Shown here piece after piece: positions 35,046 through 38,188 of a DNA stretch of 38,188 nucleotides (the first letter of the stretch is position 1; every line of letters begins with the position of its first letter). The DNA lies in contig JAGVZL010000012.1 of NCBI GenBank assembly GCA_018302505.1, forward strand, positions 1 through 38,188, given 5' to 3'. The notes beneath the pieces were generated by a model, which did not search any database, was not told the DNA's origin, and saw nothing but the letters and a program-made list of their open reading frames with translations. Source of the stretch: Candidatus Woesearchaeota archaeon (GTDB lineage: Archaea > Nanobdellota > Nanobdellia > SCGC-AAA011-G17 > ARS1403). The translations under genes were made by a program, and so were the position numbers.

Positions 35046-35775
35046 GACTACAGTTGATTTAATGGTAGAAGGCGGAAAAGCAACAGCAGGTCCTCAAATG
35101 GGGCAAAGCTTAGCTCCTTTAGGCGTAAACATCCAAGATATTCTTAAAAAAATAAATGAAAAAACTTCAGCATTTAAAGGGATGAAAGTTCCTGTAAAGG
35201 TTATAGTCGATACAGCTACAAAAAAATCAGAAGTAGAAGTAGGCTCACCTCCTATATCTGAATTAATCAAAGGAGAAATTTCTATAGATAAAGGATCTGG
35301 AGAACCAAATAAAAAGAAAATTGCAAATTTAAGCATCGAACAGGTAATCAAGCTTGCAAAAATGAAAAGAGATTCGATGTTGGTAAATGATTTAAAATCT
35401 GCAGTCAAATCTGTAATTGGTAGTTGTAATTCTACCGGTGTAATTATTGAAGGTAAAAATGCTAAAGAAATAAATGAAGACATTGAAAATGGCATATTTG
35501 ATAAAGAAATTAAAGAGGGCATTACAGAAACACCTGCAGATAAAAAAACAAAGTTAGCCTCTCAATTAAAAGAAGTTCAACAAAGAATAGAAAAAGAACT
35601 AGCAAAAGAAAAAGCGGAGAAAGAAGCTGAAGAAGCGGAGAAGAAGAAGAGAGAAGAAGCTGAAGCAGCTGCAGCAGTAGAAACGAAGAAAGAAGAAACA
35701 GCAGAAGTTAAAGAACCAAAAGAAGAAACTAAAGAAGCTACTGAAAAAGCTCCTGTTAAAGAAAGTAAAAAGTAA
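35038..35775 (+). CDS. rpl11: Ribosomal protein uL11 with long C-terminal helical/acidic extension
   Basis: VEGGKATAGP, GMKVPVKV, VGSPP, KSVIGSCNSTGV; ~85 extra Glu/Lys/Ala-rich residues; alternative start 35032. Confidence 0.95.
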   Translation: MPETTVDLMVEGGKATAGPQMGQSLAPLGVNIQDILKKINEKTSAFKGMKVPVKVIVDTATKKSEVEVGSPPISELIKGEISIDKGSGEPNKKKIANLSIEQVIKLAKMKRDSMLVNDLKSAVKSVIGSCNSTGVIIEGKNAKEINEDIENGIFDKEIKEGITETPADKKTKLASQLKEVQQRIEKELAKEKAEKEAEEAEKKKREEAEAAAAVETKKEETAEVKEPKEETKEATEKAPVKESKK

Positions 35776-35791
35776 TTCTCAATAGACCATT

Positions 35792-35890
35792 TAAGACAGA
35801 TATCTTAACTATAATAAGACAAATGACTTAATAGACTAACAGAAAGTTTATAAAGACAAATGACTTAATTATAATAAGACAAATGACTTA
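35792..35890. repeat. Four 16-bp quasi-palindromic boxes (consensus TAAGACAAATGACTTA) flanking a TATA box
   Basis: Copies at 35792 (TAAGACAGATATCTTA), 35815, 35852 (AAAGAC...) and 35875; spacing 23/37/23; GAAAGTTTATAAA BRE/TATA at 35842-35854. Confidence 0.88.
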
Positions 35891-35893
35891 AAA

Positions 35894-36304
35894 ATGAAAA
35901 AAGAAAAACATGAAGAAATATTGAAAGAGGTACTTGACGAAATTGGTTCTGCTTTGAATGATAAAAGGGGATTATTATCTCATCAAAGAAGGCTTGCTTT
36001 CTCTCTTTCATTGGGAGCAGTAAATCTTATTGAATTATATTTCCATAAATTGAGTATAATTAAAGAGGGAACGCAAATTGATCATACTTGGTTTAAAAGA
36101 AGTGAAAACCGAATTTTAGAAAAATTACAAACACAAATAACCGGCCAAATAGATTCTATTGAAAATATTAAAAAAATAATTGATATCGCAAAACAAATAG
36201 AAGAAAAAAGAGATGATTTAGCTTATGGAGCTCCTGCTAGTGATAAGATCCTACAGGAAAAAATAAATTTATTCTTTATGTTAAAAAAGGTGGTAAAATG
36301 TTAA
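35894..36304 (+). CDS. HEPN-like helical protein (putative toxin partner of MNT)
   Basis: All-helical 136 aa; IEEKRDDLAYG is an R-x4-Y variant of the HEPN R-x4-6-H motif; overlaps the downstream MNT gene. Confidence 0.6.
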   Translation: MKKEKHEEILKEVLDEIGSALNDKRGLLSHQRRLAFSLSLGAVNLIELYFHKLSIIKEGTQIDHTWFKRSENRILEKLQTQITGQIDSIENIKKIIDIAKQIEEKRDDLAYGAPASDKILQEKINLFFMLKKVVKC

Positions 36305-36900
36305 AACAATATGCGAGTTATTTTGTATCTTATTTTCTAAATAACTTAAAGAGTTTAGAAAATATAAAAAGAATAATCCTCTATGGGTCAGTTGCTAGGT
36401 CTGACGAAGATAAAGAAAGCGATATTGATATATTTATTGAAGTTAAAGTTAAAAATAAAAAATTAGAAAAAGAAATAAGGAAAATAGAAAAAGAATTTTA
36501 CCAGAGCCGTGAAGCTTTATTATTTAAATTAAAGAATGTTGACAATGAATTTAGTATTAAGATCGGGAAGCTTGATGAATGGAAAAATCTTCAGAGGTCA
36601 ATTGCTTCTACAGGCATTGTTTTGTATGGGAATTATCAGGCAACTAAATTACCCAATGATGTTAAACATTCGATAATTGTTTATTGGAATAAGATAGGAA
36701 GAAATAGGGGTGCCTTTTTGAATAAGTTATATGGTTTTCATGTTAACAAAAAATATTATAAAGGACTATTGGATAAGTTTGATGGTAAAAAAATGGGTAA
36801 AAGTTGTATTATAGTTCCTATAATATACAAAACAGAGATATTTGATTTATTAAAAAATTATAAAGTTGAAGCAAAAATACAAGAGGTTTTTGTTGGATAA
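36298..36900 (+). CDS. Minimal nucleotidyltransferase (MNT) with extra C-terminal alpha/beta domain
   Basis: ILYGSVARSDEDKESDIDIFI (GS-x10-DxD), TGIVLYG; C-terminal NKLYG...YKGLLDKFDGKKMGKSCIIVP domain. Confidence 0.88.
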   Translation: MLKQYASYFVSYFLNNLKSLENIKRIILYGSVARSDEDKESDIDIFIEVKVKNKKLEKEIRKIEKEFYQSREALLFKLKNVDNEFSIKIGKLDEWKNLQRSIASTGIVLYGNYQATKLPNDVKHSIIVYWNKIGRNRGAFLNKLYGFHVNKKYYKGLLDKFDGKKMGKSCIIVPIIYKTEIFDLLKNYKVEAKIQEVFVG

Positions 36901-36945
36901 GACACTGTCAATGCTGAATCTTCCGTGATTTTCTAAATAAAAACA

Positions 36946-36974
36946 TTTATAAATATTGGTATATACGTATATAC
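36946..36974 (+). promoter_or_regulatory. TATA box followed by a perfect 16-bp palindrome over the predicted transcription start
   Basis: TTTATAAA at 36946-36953; GTATATACGTATATAC at 36959-36974; ATG at 36976 (leaderless). Confidence 0.7.
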
Positions 36975-36975
36975 A

Positions 36976-37749
36976 ATGTTAGAAACCAAGATAGTTCAAA
37001 AATTTGGAAACAGCGGGCACATAGTCTTGCCAAAAGAATATATAGGCAGAAGAATAAAATTTACAACAGAAACAAAAACTTTCTCTCAAATAAAATCTGA
37101 AATTATAAGTATATTGGAGCCTTATTTAGAACATATTTTAGGCGTATATCTATACGGATCTTATGCAAGGAATGAGCAAACTTTAGAATCGGATATAGAT
37201 ATTTTAGTTATAACTGATAAAAAAATTAAAATACAAAAGGAAAATTATGAGATTATCTCAGTGACCTTAAAAGAAATAGAGAGCACATTAGAATCGAATG
37301 CTATGTTGGTATTACCAATAATCAAAGATGCAAAACCTATAATTAATAATACTCTTCTGGAAACATTAAATAATAAGCAATTTGAGATCAAGAAATCTAT
37401 CAAATGGTTTAAGGAATCAACAGTAGAAAGTATAAAAAGCGCAAAGGAATTAATTGAATTAGACAAGTTAGAAGGAGAATATATCTCTTCATATAGTATT
37501 ATTTATTCTTTAATTCTAAGGCTACGAGGAACATATTTAATTAAATGTTTGTCAAGTGGTAAAAAATTCTTTAATAAAGATTTTAAAAAATGGTTATTAA
37601 AAAAAATATCAGATGAAGATTTTAATAATATGTATAAAACGTACCAAAAAGTAAGAGATAAAAAGAAAGTAAAGGGAATAAAGATAAAGATAAAGTCCGC
37701 CATTTGTCTACTAGATTTTTTAAAAGAGGAGATCGAAAAAATTGAATAG
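36976..37749 (+). CDS. DUF2080/AbrB-like N-terminal domain fused to MNT and a helical C-terminal domain
   Basis: KIVQKFGNSGHIVLPKEYIG (DUF2080-like); YLYGSYARNEQTLESDIDILV; helical C-terminus with YSLILRLRG. Confidence 0.85.
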   Translation: MLETKIVQKFGNSGHIVLPKEYIGRRIKFTTETKTFSQIKSEIISILEPYLEHILGVYLYGSYARNEQTLESDIDILVITDKKIKIQKENYEIISVTLKEIESTLESNAMLVLPIIKDAKPIINNTLLETLNNKQFEIKKSIKWFKESTVESIKSAKELIELDKLEGEYISSYSIIYSLILRLRGTYLIKCLSSGKKFFNKDFKKWLLKKISDEDFNNMYKTYQKVRDKKKVKGIKIKIKSAICLLDFLKEEIEKIE

Positions 37750-37927
37750 GAAAAAAAGATTGAAGAAAGGAATAGTATCAATTGAGAAACAATTAGTCCT
37801 GCATAAAGAAAAGAAGGATGAAGCAAAAAGGAATAAAAAATTCGAGTTGGTAGAATATTATAAAAGAGAAATAGAAGCTAAGAAAGAGGATAAGGAGTAT
37901 AAAGAGAGGTTGCTTAAGAAAAAATAA
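37742..37927 (+). CDS. Small basic helical hairpin protein
   Basis: 61 aa, TTG start overlapping the previous stop, GAGGAG upstream; Lys/Glu-rich. Confidence 0.65.
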   Translation: MNRKKRLKKGIVSIEKQLVLHKEKKDEAKRNKKFELVEYYKREIEAKKEDKEYKERLLKKK

Positions 37928-38027
37928 TTCTAAGTTTTATTTTTCCAAATCTATTGTTTCTTAACAAAACATTTATAAGTAACTTATTGTAACTAAATAC
38001 TATAAATTTTATTAAAAAGGTGAAATA

Positions 38028-38188
38028 ATTAACAAAAAAATAACTAAAAGTTACCAAAAAGATATCCCTGTAAAGATTGATGCGGAATTAAAAGAGAAGG
38101 TAGAAGGATTTATCACAAAGGGAGAAAACCGGTTTGAATATCCATCTGTAAAAAATTTCATTGACAAAGCAGTTCTTAAAATGTTAAA
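38028..38188 (+). CDS. Ribbon-helix-helix (CopG-like) DNA-binding protein, partial, probable ATT/ATA start (not in ORF track)
   Basis: ...DIPVKIDAELKEKVEGFITKGENRFEYPSVKNFIDKAVLKML is an RHH strand-helix-helix pattern. In-frame stop at 38013-38015, SD AGGTGA at 38018-38023, and no ATG/GTG/TTG before the domain. Confidence 0.7.
   Translation, partial: MNKKITKSYQKDIPVKIDAELKEKVEGFITKGENRFEYPSVKNFIDKAVLKML

Noticed and set aside
35792-35890. Possible mini CRISPR array
   Set aside because: Repeats are only 16 bp with gaps of 7, 21 and 7 nt, the two 7-nt gaps are nearly identical, and no cas genes are present. This fits operator boxes better.
1-38188. Alternative genetic code, rRNA, SRP RNA or RNase P RNA
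   Set aside because: Conserved genes read through intact with TAA, TAG and TGA all used as stops, and no long GC-rich structured non-coding stretch exists apart from the two tRNAs.

Overview
AT-rich, gene-dense archaeal chromosomal segment, most likely from a DPANN lineage (Woesearchaeota/Pacearchaeota-like). The basis is eL15, eL40, P0/P1, aIF5A, TFE, Spt5, Cdc6/Orc1, an archaeosortase resembling the 'pacearchaeosortase' type and a short AlaRS. Most of the window is housekeeping: proS, alaS, leuS, ribosomal proteins, ftsZ-secE-spt5-rpl11, cdc6, msrB, prs, nre, an S-layer-like protein and two tRNAs. A small HEPN/MNT toxin-antitoxin-like island lies at the right end. Best-supported unusual features: (1) a tRNA-Cys(GCA) with an 18-nt intron in the T-loop (59/60) forming a strict bulge-helix-bulge; (2) a stand-alone CARF-like Rossmann protein 38 nt upstream of cdc6, divergent from a winged-helix gene; (3) two paralogous acidic microproteins, missed by the ORF track, flanking an AbrB-PhoU regulator, one apparently starting at ATA and one preceded by micro-ORFs or a structured RNA; (4) four 16-bp quasi-palindromic boxes around the promoter of a HEPN-like/MNT pair; (5) a split uL11 / uL1-uL10-P1 operon that a single ~10.5 kb inversion would restore; (6) a bacterial-core LeuRS with an archaeal C-terminus next to a short bacterial-type AlaRS. 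All family assignments come from motif recognition by eye; no searches were run.
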